Shown piece by piece: positions 15,284-27,548 of a DNA stretch of 64,000 nt. The DNA comes from Antedon mediterranea. Taxonomy: Eukaryota > Animalia > Echinodermata. Every line of letters begins with the position of its first letter. Within the stretch, counting starts at the first letter, position 1. The translations under genes and the position numbers were made by a program. The stretch lies in NCBI RefSeq assembly GCF_964355755.1, contig NC_092673.1, forward strand, positions 4,712,001 through 4,776,000, given 5' to 3'. The notes beneath the pieces are model-generated. The model searched no databases and was not told the origin of the DNA. It saw nothing but the letters and a program-made list of their open reading frames with translations.

Positions 15284-15432
15284 AGCTCTGTCTACACTGT
15301 CAAAATTTATGTGACAAAAAAAAGGGGGATGTGGTAGTGATACAAATATGGTAGTGATATGACATCATCATGTCCATATATGGACACATCACATTTTTTT
15401 GTCACATAAAGTTTGATAGGCTAGACAGAGCT
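15284..15432. mobile_element. MITE family A (PIF/Harbinger-like)
   Basis: TIR AGCTCTGTCTAC.. / ..TAGACAGAGCT with TAA target duplication; related copies at 47223, 48265, 58091 and 60082. Confidence 0.8.
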
Positions 15433-17967
15433 TAAACCTACCTCTACAGTGAGAGACGAGCAACTATATTATAATCTTTAAATCTCAAAGAGAGGGAGGG
15501 GGTCAGAATCCGATTTCTAGTCTAGTCTAAGTGCCATGTATTTCGGATAATAATAATAATAGACTAACATTTATGTGGTTCTTGAAATGATTCTCGATTT
15601 TGACCCGAACTATAATATTCAAGTATTAAGATGAAAATTGAATTCTAGAAATAATAACCATTTTCTTTTATTTTAGAAATGCCCCCACACAAGAAACGTA
15701 CCGGTAAGTTTAGTCTGGGCTCCAGACGGAGTTTTTTCTTAATATTAGTAAAAATATAAATATTTTTGCACATATGGCGTTTCATACGTGTATTACTTGA
15801 TTTTGGATACTCCGTCTGGGGAAACACGCAAAAGTCACGTGGTTTGACACCAAGAATTCTTGGTGCATAGATTATCCGGTTGACTAGTTTCAACTGCATG
15901 CGATTGGCTACTCACTCGTACACAGTTTTAATATTCATGTTTCAGAATTTCAAAGACTCAACAACTAAGAAGGTACGCATGCGCTATGTTACGTTTAGAC
16001 AATGTGTACTTGGGTACATTAATGAAAGTTTCTGAAGGCTAGAAATGATTTTATACCGTATGCCTAGTAGTAGTCTGGTAAAAATTTGATGGGATTTTTC
16101 CCAAGAAAACTCGTCTTGCTTCTCCGCAAATCAAACATTGAATGGATCATTTAATATTACGCGGAGATAATTTGATTTAATTCCCACCCAGACCCTGTCC
16201 TGTTCTGTGTAGTGTAGCCCTGTCTGTTGTGTGTGAATCCTGTTGTGTGCCGGTGGTGGTATGTAGGCCTACCTTATTGGCGTTTTATTTGGCAGGTCAT
16301 ACGTGCGAGTTAAGTAGGACCTACGAAGGAGGCCTAGGCTAAGGACTAAACAATTAATAAACAAAACAAATTGGCAACACGATTTCATATTTCAACAGTC
16401 TCGATCGTACATTCAGCACTGTACGTACTCGATCTTTTTCATTTTGAAACAAAATGATCATTGGTTGATTCGAAAATCCATATTTACATACCGCCCGCCC
16501 CATATAGCCAAATACGGTATGATAACCTACGTCATTCTTATCGGATGTTTGCGGTCTGCAAATCGATTTCTATACGTGTTTCACAAGTCTGTATTTTCAG
16601 ACAAAAATCGCGGCCGAAATAAAACAAATAAATAAAAAACAATACAGACTTGGGGCAAGTCTACGGTAAGTTATAACGGTATATGGAAAGTTACATCCCA
16701 CGATAAAATGTGATCGACGAAATAAGCTGCTGCTAGAACTAAGGGATTATAATAGCTGAGATAAACCACGAGTAATAATGGTGACTCTAGATAAACAACA
16801 AATAAATAAAAACTGCTAGTTTTTAGACACTAAGGAATTCCAGGCAAATAATATTACAGTATAGATATATGCATGGGGACGCCCCATAGAATCTAATTCC
16901 GTAACGGAACGGATTAGTGACGTGATATCAACGCGTAGAAACACATGTCTGAAATGAAAATACCTAAAATATGCATTTAAGCGACATATCAAAGACACCG
17001 ATAAATTGACAGTGATGACGAACTAACTTAGGTACTTGATGTGTACTCCGCAGTAGGTGACTTTTGAAAGAGGATAAGAGAGGAAGTGACGGTAACCAAA
17101 CATCGGTATACACCACAGTAATACAATTCAATGTCAATTTTAATAAACATAAAACAATTTCATCATGTGATTTATAATGTCGATAACTATAATGTCGATA
17201 ACTATACTGCTTTTAGTTTTTTGTTAAGCCATGGTGATTTAAAAAAAAAAGAAAATGGCACTCATCGGAGCAATAGGCCTACTCCTGAACGTTTAGGCTG
17301 CATGGTTGGAGGTTGAAAGTGTTATCCAATTTGGAAAGATTAATCGAAATGGGACAAGACAAGATATTACAAAAAGAAGACTTTTCCTAAAGGGTGACGG
17401 TGTTCGAACTCAAACATCACTTATTATATTGAGTTTTAATTAACAATAACAATAATCATAATAACAATAATTATAATAATAAAAAAAAAATAACTACAAC
17501 TGTAGTAATGACTATAACTTTTTATGTGTTTAAATTTTAAATGTAAATATGTATATGTTTGTATGATGTAGTATGTTTAAGCGGATATTAGCCCTTGATG
17601 GCATTTGCAGCAATAAAGAAATTGAATTGAATTGAAGATGAAATGTGAAAACATAACCAAAGATCTTATATAAGATCTTTGACGTAACTTAACGTTAAAT
17701 ATAGAGGGCGATATGGAACTATTTGTAATAGTCAGAGTATGAAGTTTCTATCGACAATGATTCACGTATCTTATCAATTTTATAACATTAAAAAAGTGGG
17801 ATGCAATATATTTGATATAGGCTACATGCATTTGAATAAATTTTACATTCTAGATGAGGCGCGCCTACAATATTGATTTTTATATTTTGAATTTGCATAT
17901 GCTATAGTTTTGTTGCTGTATGTCGTCCTCATCGTTGAGAGCTAGGCTATGACATGACCTGACAATT

Positions 17968-17977
17968 GGGAAATCCC
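17968..17977 (+). promoter_or_regulatory. Candidate NF-kB/Rel site upstream of the macro-Deltex gene
   Basis: GGGAAATCCC fits the GGGRNWYYCC consensus exactly; it lies about 50 bp before a plausible donor (CAAG|GTAAAA at 18024/18025) for a non-coding first exon. Confidence 0.35.
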
Positions 17978-19061
17978 CTACTTTTTAGCGTCCTTCTCGT
18001 GACAACGGATACGTGTTTTTCAAGGTAAAAAGTGTGTGCTAATATTATCGCTTAATTTCCATATTTCAGAAGATTAAATCTACATACATATTTTGAATGA
18101 TAACATTTTGACAGACAAAAAGCCTAGGCCTACACACTCACTGTCATTAGAGGATCTCTTACTCTATATTACCCTCTCAAGTCTGTCTGGTACGTAGCCA
18201 GCTAGTTACTGTAGTAAAGAGTAGAGGCCTGCTGGTGTAGACACAAAAGGCTTATAACAGAGGCATAGGCCTACTACTACGCTGTACGCCTACCACCATG
18301 CACTTATTGAATAAGCCTACAGACAGTAGATAATAGTTAAGACGGACAGCAATCGTCTAAATGCTAAGAATTGCATTGACTCTTGGACTTTAGACAGATA
18401 ACGTTGCCTAGGCACATGTTTATAATAGTATGATTTACATCTAAATTGGTTAGTCATTACCTTACCGTATTCTGTGCATGATGTTCCCTCGTAAAAGTGC
18501 GGTAACTTGCTCGTTGTCTGATTGTCCTTGACGTAATAGGTAAGAGACAATGGCCTGGCAATTATATTTTAAAAATATTTTTGTCCAACCTGACCCACTC
18601 AATTAAAACAATTCAATATTTTCAACCAACTCAAATATAACTGTCATTCAAACTGTAAGATTTGTTTTTTTTTTGTGACGACTACAGTTATGTACAGTAT
18701 ATTCTAAATTTAAATTTTCTATGTATGGTGCATATATTTATTAGTACAGGTATTCATTAAATATAAACATTTACATATTGGTGAAATGAATGTGATTTTG
18801 TAAACAAAAGTTTTAAAATTAGCTTTTAATATTCTAAATTTAAATTTTCAAGCTATATGTATGGTTTATAAAATAAATATGCATATATTTATTAGTTCAG
18901 GTATTCAATAAATATAAACATTTACAAACATAAAGGTTGTAATGAACATATTGGTGAATGTGATTTTGTAAACAAAAGTTTTCAAATTAGTTTTTAAAAT
19001 GAGTTTGAACGAAAATTCAAGAGTAAGTCGCCCAAATTTATACAATTATTATCAGTACTTA

Positions 19062-19590
19062 CCGTAAATATTCTAATTGAAACCCTAGGTTATTATTCTT
19101 TGATTGTTTTTTTAGGGTGGGTTATTAATGCATTTTAAAAGTCTAGGCCTAAATATTCTCTAGCCTAATTATTTACACACTAGACACCCGGGCTTGTTGG
19201 GTGGAAGATTGACTAACCCAGAGCAGTTTTAACTAGACATTGTACGCCGGACTAGTGAAATATCGAGCCCTGTTAAGTCCTATTAGAGTAGTGGGTTACG
19301 ATTACTAATCTTAAATTAGGCACCTGAAAATAGTAACCCACCCACAACTTTTCCGGTTAGCAACTCATCAAAATAATAAAACTGTAGGAATAAACAAATT
19401 TAGTTGAACTCTAACTTTGTTTTATAAACTCAAAAACATTCAATCCTCCCTCACTCCCGAATGTATTATCTCCTTATTTTCAAAATGCGGCTGCATCATA
19501 CTATTTGAAGAGGGGTTACTATTAGAGTGTGGGTTACTATTAGAGTGTGGGTTACTTTTAGAGTGTGGGTTACTTTTAAAAGATTTACGG
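19062..19590. mobile_element. Tc2/pogo-like MITE
   Basis: TA|CCGTAAAT...ATTTACGG|TA termini; subterminal 18-bp repeats GGGTTACTATTAGAGTGT. Confidence 0.7.
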
Positions 19591-19736
19591 TAACAGGACA
19601 TCATGTCTTTGCCTCGTCTGTTTTTAATCTCTCGCTATAGCAGCCATGCTTATCAGCCTTTTTTGTAAATAATTTTTCAGGTATATTGGTGTTCCGACAC
19701 TTGACATTTCTTTCTTGATTACAATGGCACCAAACA

Positions 19737-22700
19737 ATGATGGAAGACGAGGTTTGAATGTTTTTTAACTTTATAATTTTTTGTTAGAATTGTATTGATT
19801 TTGATTGGTAGTTACACAAGTCTATTATTACTATTAGCGCACCCATGTGTGAAATCCTGGATCTGCTTCCCCTTAATAATGGTCTCTTTGCGCTTTAAAA
19901 TTTTATTTTTTTTTTATCTCAGAAATTTTACACTATTATAGTGATAATAGCAGCCATGCTTTAATATAAAAGCATATAATAATACTATTATAATTCTAGA
20001 TTTTATAGATTAACTTATTTGTTGTAACTGCAGGTTTTTAGTGCTGTTGAGGCAGAAGTTCATTCAACATACATACCTGATGACTTTAATGATGATGCCA
20101 TCAGAGAACTCGAGAAGGATACAGATGTAAAATTTACAATCCAACATCACGAACACTTGCCTGACGTTTATATCGTTAAAGGAACTCTGCAAGCTGTACA
20201 GAAGGCAGGCTCTTATTTGCGAAACCTGTATAAAGATAGACAAAATGCTGCAGAGAATGTTAATCGTGGATTAGAAAAGGAGACTGATTATGTTAGTGGT
20301 GGAGATTCAAGAGTAAGAAATGCTACAAATGCAACTAGCTCTCAAAGACTAACATCTGAAAATGACAGAGATTTTCGACAGAACAGAAATGTTGCAGTGA
20401 GTGTTATTCCAGGAGTAGCAGTGGAAGAGACTGAATATGCTTGTGGTGGCAGGAAATATTTGAATGACATAGAATATGAGAAGTTCACTAAGTCATCAGC
20501 AGGTTATTCCTCCTATGACGCATCCAAATATAATTTCCCCATACAAGTTCAATGTTCTTTGACATTCAAGACACCAGTAAGACGTCACAATGTTTCAATT
20601 TATGTTGGAGATTTAACTAAAATCACAGCAGATGCAATAGTTTGTCCAACTAACTGTGTTTTGGGACATGAGTGTGGTGTTGCAAAAGTAATTGCTAAAG
20701 TTGGTGGGCGTGAAGTGACTGATGCTGCCAACAAATACTTGTTAAAAAATGGACCTCTGGGTTCATCTTTGGTCACCCACATTAGAGGAGGAAAACTTCC
20801 CTCTAAATTTATTATTTATGCTGTAGGACCTATTTGGAAAGAGTACCAAAATAAAGCAGATTGTTTCACCACATTAAAGTACACTTTCATGAATTGTTTT
20901 AAATATGCAAACAAGATATCAGTAACGCACATAGCTTTACCTCTCATTAGTTCAGGTAGGTTTAAAATCCTGTGGACAAACATGCGATATTTATTGATAT
21001 AAAGCAAATTATTGCTTGTGAAATACTGAGCAGTTAAGTCGTCCAATACCAGACACCTTTTGGCTGGAAAGTCTGGTATATTTTGAACATGTTTTTAGTG
21101 GTATTTAAAAAAAAGTTGTCATCAGAAGTTAATCTACAATAATACAGGCTTAACACTGTTTGAATAAACTTCCCTTATTTCACCCCACCCCTTCTTTAGA
21201 ACTTTGAAGATTTATATGAATATGCATGAATACATTTTAAGTAAAGCTTACAGTATGTTAGGATCAATGTTTTTGTATTAAAGAAAACTATTTTTCCAAT
21301 AGTGCTGAAAAGTGCTGTCTATGTAAATAATGATATAATACTACTTTATGTTTACACAGGAATATGTGGTGGGCCAATTAAAGAATGTTCTGAGGCTTTG
21401 TATGAAGCATTGATGGATTTTGATCGTATCAAAGTCAGAAAACCACTTGAAATCCATGTTGTTGATATCAATAATGAATCAGTGGATCATTTGCAGATGC
21501 TGTTTGCTGAACACCTCAAGTCTAACTCTGTTTCGTTCAAAAAGAATAGAGTAAAATCACCTGTGAGTAGAGGCACCATGCACAGTACCAATGTCAGCGG
21601 AAGAAGTGGTTACGCTTCAAGAAGTTCTCCAGTTTTGAAAGATTTTCCAATGACCAACTCCTTTGATGAGAAAAGAAGTTATTCAGGGAGTCCTGAAAGT
21701 ACCCGTTACAGGAATTCATCAGAACAATTTGAAGATTCTAGAACAGAATTAAGTTCCAATGGATATTTAAATAGAAATGGTTCACATGAGTCATCACTGG
21801 ACTTCTTGCCTAACAGATTTAATCAACCTTTATTGTCCTTCAAAACCAAGACAAATTGTCACAAAATTTCCATTTATTTTGGTGATTTAACCAAGATGAA
21901 AGCCGATGCTATTGTTAATGCAGCCAATTCTTACCTACACCATTTTGGAGGTGTTGCAAAAGCTATTGCTGATGCTGGAGGGTATAAAGTTGTGGAAGAA
22001 TCAAATAAATACATAAAAAAATGGGGCCCTCTATACCCATCTCGAGTCATTCAGACCAGCGGAGGACGTCTTCCAGCTAAATATGTTATTCATGCTGTTG
22101 GGCCTGTATGGAAAGACTATAAACATGAGAAAGATTGTTTGGACACCTTGAAAGCAACATTCATGAATTGTTTTCAGCTTGCATCAAAAGGTCTAGATAT
22201 TAAACATATTGCGCTTCCACTAATTAGTTCAGGTAAGGTTGAATGTTATCTTGAAATTAACCACAACATACTCCAATATTGTATTAATATTATAAATTTC
22301 ATATATTGTCTCTTTTTATTGGTTATCTTTCATAAAATGAACACAACTACAATTAAATTTATATTGATTTTTTCAGGTATATTTGGTGTTCCAATTGAGA
22401 AATGTGTTCAATCATTGTACCTGGCATTAATGGAATTCGATGTTGAGCGTAATTCTCCACTTGATATACACATTGTTGATACAAGTGTAGAAGTGATTAG
22501 ACATTTGCAGGCACTGTTTTCTCAGTACTTGAGGTTGGATGATATTCAATTTGATACAATGGAAAGCGATCGATCATTAACTCAAACTAAAGACAGACAA
22601 ACTGATGCATTGTCAAATGATAACCTTCGGTCAAAGCGAGCTAGTGAGTCTTCTAACAAACGTAATGTAGTTGATAAAATTAAGTCAAAGGTTAGCAAAA

Positions 22701-25276
22701 TGGGAAAATCAGATTTTAAGGTTAAAGAAAATGCCAAATTATCACCAACCAATGGTCCAATGAAAGCACTCTCAAGTCATCAGTCACAAGAAGAAGCATG
22801 GTTGCACAAAGTATTAGAAGAACATCAAAGAAAAGGATATCCACTTTCTGAATTCAAAGAAATTCAGAGTTTGTTTGATGGAAATACAAAAACCAAGAGA
22901 TCAAAAAGTTTGGGAAGACTACCAAGTAGAACTGTAGATTTGGAGGAACTGGAACTTAATACCAGTGAAAGACAGTCAAGGCGCAAGTCAAGGAAAAATA
23001 ACACCCTTGATTCTAAAGAACAACCTACCTATTCAAGAAATGAAAGTTCAGATAGGAGTGTTGAAAATAGTAGTAAAAGAACTGGTCCAAGAGCTAGAAG
23101 TCAAAGTTGGGATAGAACTAAGACAAAAGATGAAGAGAGGAAGAAGGAAAAGGAACAAGAATCAAATTATGCAGAAAGTATTGTTAAAAGAGAAGGTTCA
23201 AGAACTAGAAGTCAAAGTTCCGATAGAACTAAGACAAAAGATGAAGAGAGGAAGAAGGAAAAGGAACAAGTATCAGATTATTCAGAAAGCATTGATAATA
23301 GTAGGAGGACAAGAGAAGTTTTAAGGCCTAGAGCTCAAAGTTTAGATAGATACCACCAAAGGAGTGGAAAACAGAAAGATGCTGAAAAAGCGTTTACAGT
23401 TTCCTCTCAGCAACCTACATACATTACAAGATGTAGTTTCTGTCATGGCAAAACCAAGCTTCGAAAACGAAGGGATTGCTCACATATGATTTGCCAATTG
23501 TGTCGTACCATATATGCTGATAAAAGCACATGCTTTGATTGTAAGCAAGTTGAGAAAACTCATCTTGGCAATAATATTGAACATAGCAAAGAAGTCTCTA
23601 CAACAACTGAGGTTAAAAAGTATAGTATGCTTTCACCTACATTTGACTTGTCTGCCTTGTCAAGCAATTTCTCTGCAAGAAATTCTTCTGCTGCAAGAAC
23701 AAAAAGAAGAGAAAAACTAAGTTCTGAACAGAACCCACCAGATGAAATAACTCAAAGACAACAAAGAGATTACAGTGAATCCACTTCAAGCATTGCGAGC
23801 CAATCTCCAATGAAGGATATTAAACAATTCTTGCTACCACTACCAGAATCAGTAGAAGAAAGTTGTCCAATTTGTCTGTCTGACTGCCAAGACCCTGTGT
23901 CATTAAAAAACTGCAACCATATTTTCTGTAAGCAATGTATTATTAGTGCTTTTAAGGTAAGAAACATTTATTTAAATATAGCCTCAAAAACCAGTCTTAT
24001 ATATATCATTTAATTTTTTACTATGACAGTCAAGTGGTTAAGGCAAAGGTGCCAATAAAATCAGTACAGGTTCGACCATAGATCTGGTGGCAGAATATGT
24101 CTTCTCAAATAAGGAGTTAAAACAGGAGATACAGTGTACTACATATCTGACTTGTATGCACCTAGAGTGGGGTGTACTGGTCTACCTCAGCCCCATGGGT
24201 AGGTGCTGACCTAATTGGAATGTATGAATTTCATTCATTCATACAATTGCAAAACAAGACACTAGTTAGACACCAATCACCACCTCTCAGCTTGCATCGG
24301 TAAAATTCAGTTTAGTCTTGTTTTTCATTAGACAAAACCAGCTTGTCCAATATGTGGTGTAATCTATGGATGCCTGGTAGGAAATCAACCAGATGGAACA
24401 ATGGAGATTGGTAAAGTTCAATCCAGTCTACCAGAATATGAAGGTTATGGGACAATCATTATTCAGTATTATATTCCCTCAGGAATTCAAAATGTAAGTA
24501 CCATAAAAGAAATTTACACAAATGAAACTGCAATATTTTACCATTACCTCTGGTTGTACTGAAATTTCCATTTGTTGAAATTTATATATATCTGTTCTCC
24601 AACATCTAAACAGGAATCGCACCCGAACCCCGGGTCACGATACAAAGGAACATCAAGAAGTGCTTACCTACCAAACACTCCAGAAGGTCAAGATATCTGT
24701 AGACTCTTAAAGAACGCATTTGATGCTAAGCTTATATTCACAGTTGGTAGATCAGTTACTACTGGAGCAAGTAATGTGGTGACCTGGAATGACATTCATC
24801 ATAAGACTAGTTGTACTGGTGGGCCATCACAGTAAGTTTCGACAGATTTACAGTGCGAATGGACCTCTCTCAGGGTCTGTTTACAAATTTTGTTCCGGGG
24901 AATCCCTGGTATTTAATGATTCCTTATGGCTGTCCGTCTGGATTTAGCATGGCTTCTGAGGCCGGTTTGACCAGAAAATTTGCTGGGTACACACTGGTGG
25001 ACAGATAACTAGATTTGAGGATGTTCCTGGTGCCAGCAACACGTTTCAGGTGCTTATTTTGTAAGCAAAACCTCAATAAGATTTTTTTAATGTAGTTTTT
25101 TATTTAAATGTATAATGAAATCATATTGGTTCTAAGTAGGTACATTATGATTGCAATATTATAACGATTAAATAAACTATTCTGTAATGTTTGTTTGTTT
25201 GTTTAGATTTGGGTACCCAGATGACACTTACCTGGAGCGTGTCAGAGATGAACTAGCTGCCAAAGGCATACGTTGA
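19737..25276 (+). CDS. DTX3L: Macrodomain-containing Deltex/DTX3L-like E3 ubiquitin ligase (KH-like, Macro, Macro, RING-HC, RING-HC, DTC), about 1279 aa
   Basis: Exons 19737-19751, 20034-20955, 21360-22232, 22377-23956, 24332-24493, 24614-24831, 25207-25276; all introns GT-AG with consistent phases, total 3840 nt. Motifs: GDLTK..ADAIV and ALPLISSG (two macrodomains); CPICLSDC..CNHIFCKQC..CPIC RING; DTC motifs GNQPDGTM, HPNPG, AYLPNTPEG, FTVGRS, WNDIHHKT, GYPDDTYL..ELAAKGI. The symbol denotes family similarity, not proven orthology. Confidence 0.92.
23083..23300 (+). repeat. In-frame 114-bp coding tandem duplication (38 aa)
   Basis: RSQS.DRTKTKDEERKKEKEQ occurs twice in the large exon. Confidence 0.85.
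24030..24242 (+). mobile_element. Degenerate tRNA-derived SINE in intron
   Basis: Box A-like GTCAAGTGG, box B-like GGTTCGACC, (TTCA)n tail. Confidence 0.4.
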
Positions 25277-27548
25277 ATTGCAGTCCTGTTCTTGTCACGT
25301 GAAGAACTAGAGACCAAAGTAACAAACACTGTAAAGATAAAGGTATCAATTTAAGTCTGAAATATAATAATGGAAGCTGTGGTTCTCAATCAGAGGTTCA
25401 TAAACAAACTGAAATATGAATATTTTATCTACAAACTGAGAGTATTGTGTACATATATTAATTTTTATTGCAGACAAATTTCATGCAGATTTACAAAATG
25501 TAATTTTATTTAATAGAAAATGCAACTTGAAATATGGCTACTTATAAAGGAGTAGGTTTTTGTGTATATTGTGATTGCATGTTACATTATATAGTTAGGT
25601 TGTGCATGATGTTTGTATTACTGAATCTATATATAATAATATGATAATTGAGGAATACAGTCTAATATATTATACAGTATTTAAATGAGAAATGGTGTTT
25701 TTCTTAATCTTGATTCAGAATCAAAAAGAACGGATTTAAAGAAATTGTATATTGTTCCTGAAAAAATGATTTACCTGAAAAAAAAAAAAAACCTAATTTT
25801 AAGAAAAAATAGTCAACCAGAAGCCACATATTGTTCAACCATTTAATTTTGTATTTTTATAATTAAACCATTATATTTGAACTTTTTTTAAAGATTATTC
25901 ATCTTTTATTTTCATGTTTTGGAGACACATCTTTAATTTATACATCTTTATAAAATAATGAAATTACTGATTAATATTTAGTACAGTATTATTTTGTTAT
26001 ATTTAGAACTTGTATGTGTTTTAGTTGATTGTCAAATTATGTATATAAGTTGGTGATTGTGAAGAATAATAATAATGTTTTCGACTCTCGTTGGAGGTTC
26101 ATTTGTTAGATCAAAGTACAATAAAAGTGTTGGCACTAATTTACATGGAAACTCAATCCATTCATGTCTATGAACAATAAAACATTGTTAAAAAAGTATT
26201 AAATAATGTAACTTTAACATATGATTTACTAAAAGTTTGATAAAATGATTTATTTTGTATGAAAAACTATGGATCAATAAAAATAATACAAAACGAAAAC
26301 GGTTTCTTTTTATTAACAAATACACAATGTTTCTATTAACATTGTTAGTGGAAAGAATTATTTATCAGTAGATATTGAATAGAAATCAGTAATCAATAAT
26401 TGTTACAAATGGTGTGGGTGAGTATTTTGTACCCTATTCAGATCTGCAAAAAGCATTTGTGTGTGTGTGGCGTTGTAGTTTCAAGTAAGACATTTAAATT
26501 ACAGTACATCATAATTTCCCCACCTGGGACATTTAAACCCCCAAAGTGGCATATTTTGAAAATAGTTCTTATTCAGTTACTTAGCTCATGCATGTGATTA
26601 ACAAAGGCAACATATTTCACAATAATCATATGACAGAATCTATTTATATAGTTCTGACCCGGGCTTGGTACATAGAACCAATAACCAATTTTACCTATAA
26701 TGGTGTTCTGTTTGAATATTTCCTAAATATGTGAGTAGAAGTACAATATATCAATTAGACAATATATTTAGGGCTAGATTTCTTCCTAAACACGACCATT
26801 TTGAAACTTATTCAGTTAAATAGCCCATGCATGTGATTACAAAGCAACATATATTTCACAATAATCATATGACAGAATCTAGTTGTTACACTGTGGAACC
26901 AATGGTATTTTTACCTATAAATGTTGGTGTTCTGTTTGAATCTATATATAAATTTACGTAAGGGCAAAATTCGGTAAATCGCGCCTTACTTCTAGAATTT
27001 TTACTCGATGGTATATAAAGTTGGTTCGTACTTTCGGTACTGATTTTAACCACCTGATGTAACCCTGTTTACTTATTAAATTAAGTTAGATAATTAGTTA
27101 TTGACGATTAAAACGAATTTAGGTTCAACGATTTGCCCCAAATAGGGGTGTTTTCCGATGGTGGTATACACTGTCTAATGGATGTCCATCTTGAAAAATA
27201 CCCGCCACAAAAATGCGAGGAGGCTTCGCATTTTTCTATCTCCTCCTACGATAATTGTTTTTAATAGCTGAAAACCGGTTGAACAGCTAGAGTACACCAT
27301 CATAATGTTGAAGACAGGCCGATTTTCTTTAAAAAATACTATTTTGATAGATTTAATATACGATTATACAAATGTATTGATTTGCGATGAATGGAACATC
27401 CCAATCTCTCAGTCTGCTAGAGTTTGTTTTAACACAAGTACTGTAGGTAAATTTATGAGCCCTTGGTTTAACGCATACGGTAGGTAAATATATGGGCCCT
27501 TTGAGAATAAACTTGCAATACTTTGACAATACTGTAAATACCTATTAA

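Noticed and set aside
1196-18550. Numerous 60-96 aa ORFs in the first 19 kb
   Set aside because: Composition typical of AT-rich non-coding DNA, with no motifs or consistent splice chains.
19724-19751. ATG at 19724 as the gene start
   Set aside because: Out of frame with the next exon; the in-frame start is 19737. It could at most be a short overlapping uORF.
21302-24013. 903-aa single-exon protein with a transmembrane segment
   Set aside because: The ORF runs through intronic sequence at both ends and through the 144-nt intron; the spliced model restores the macro and RING motifs.
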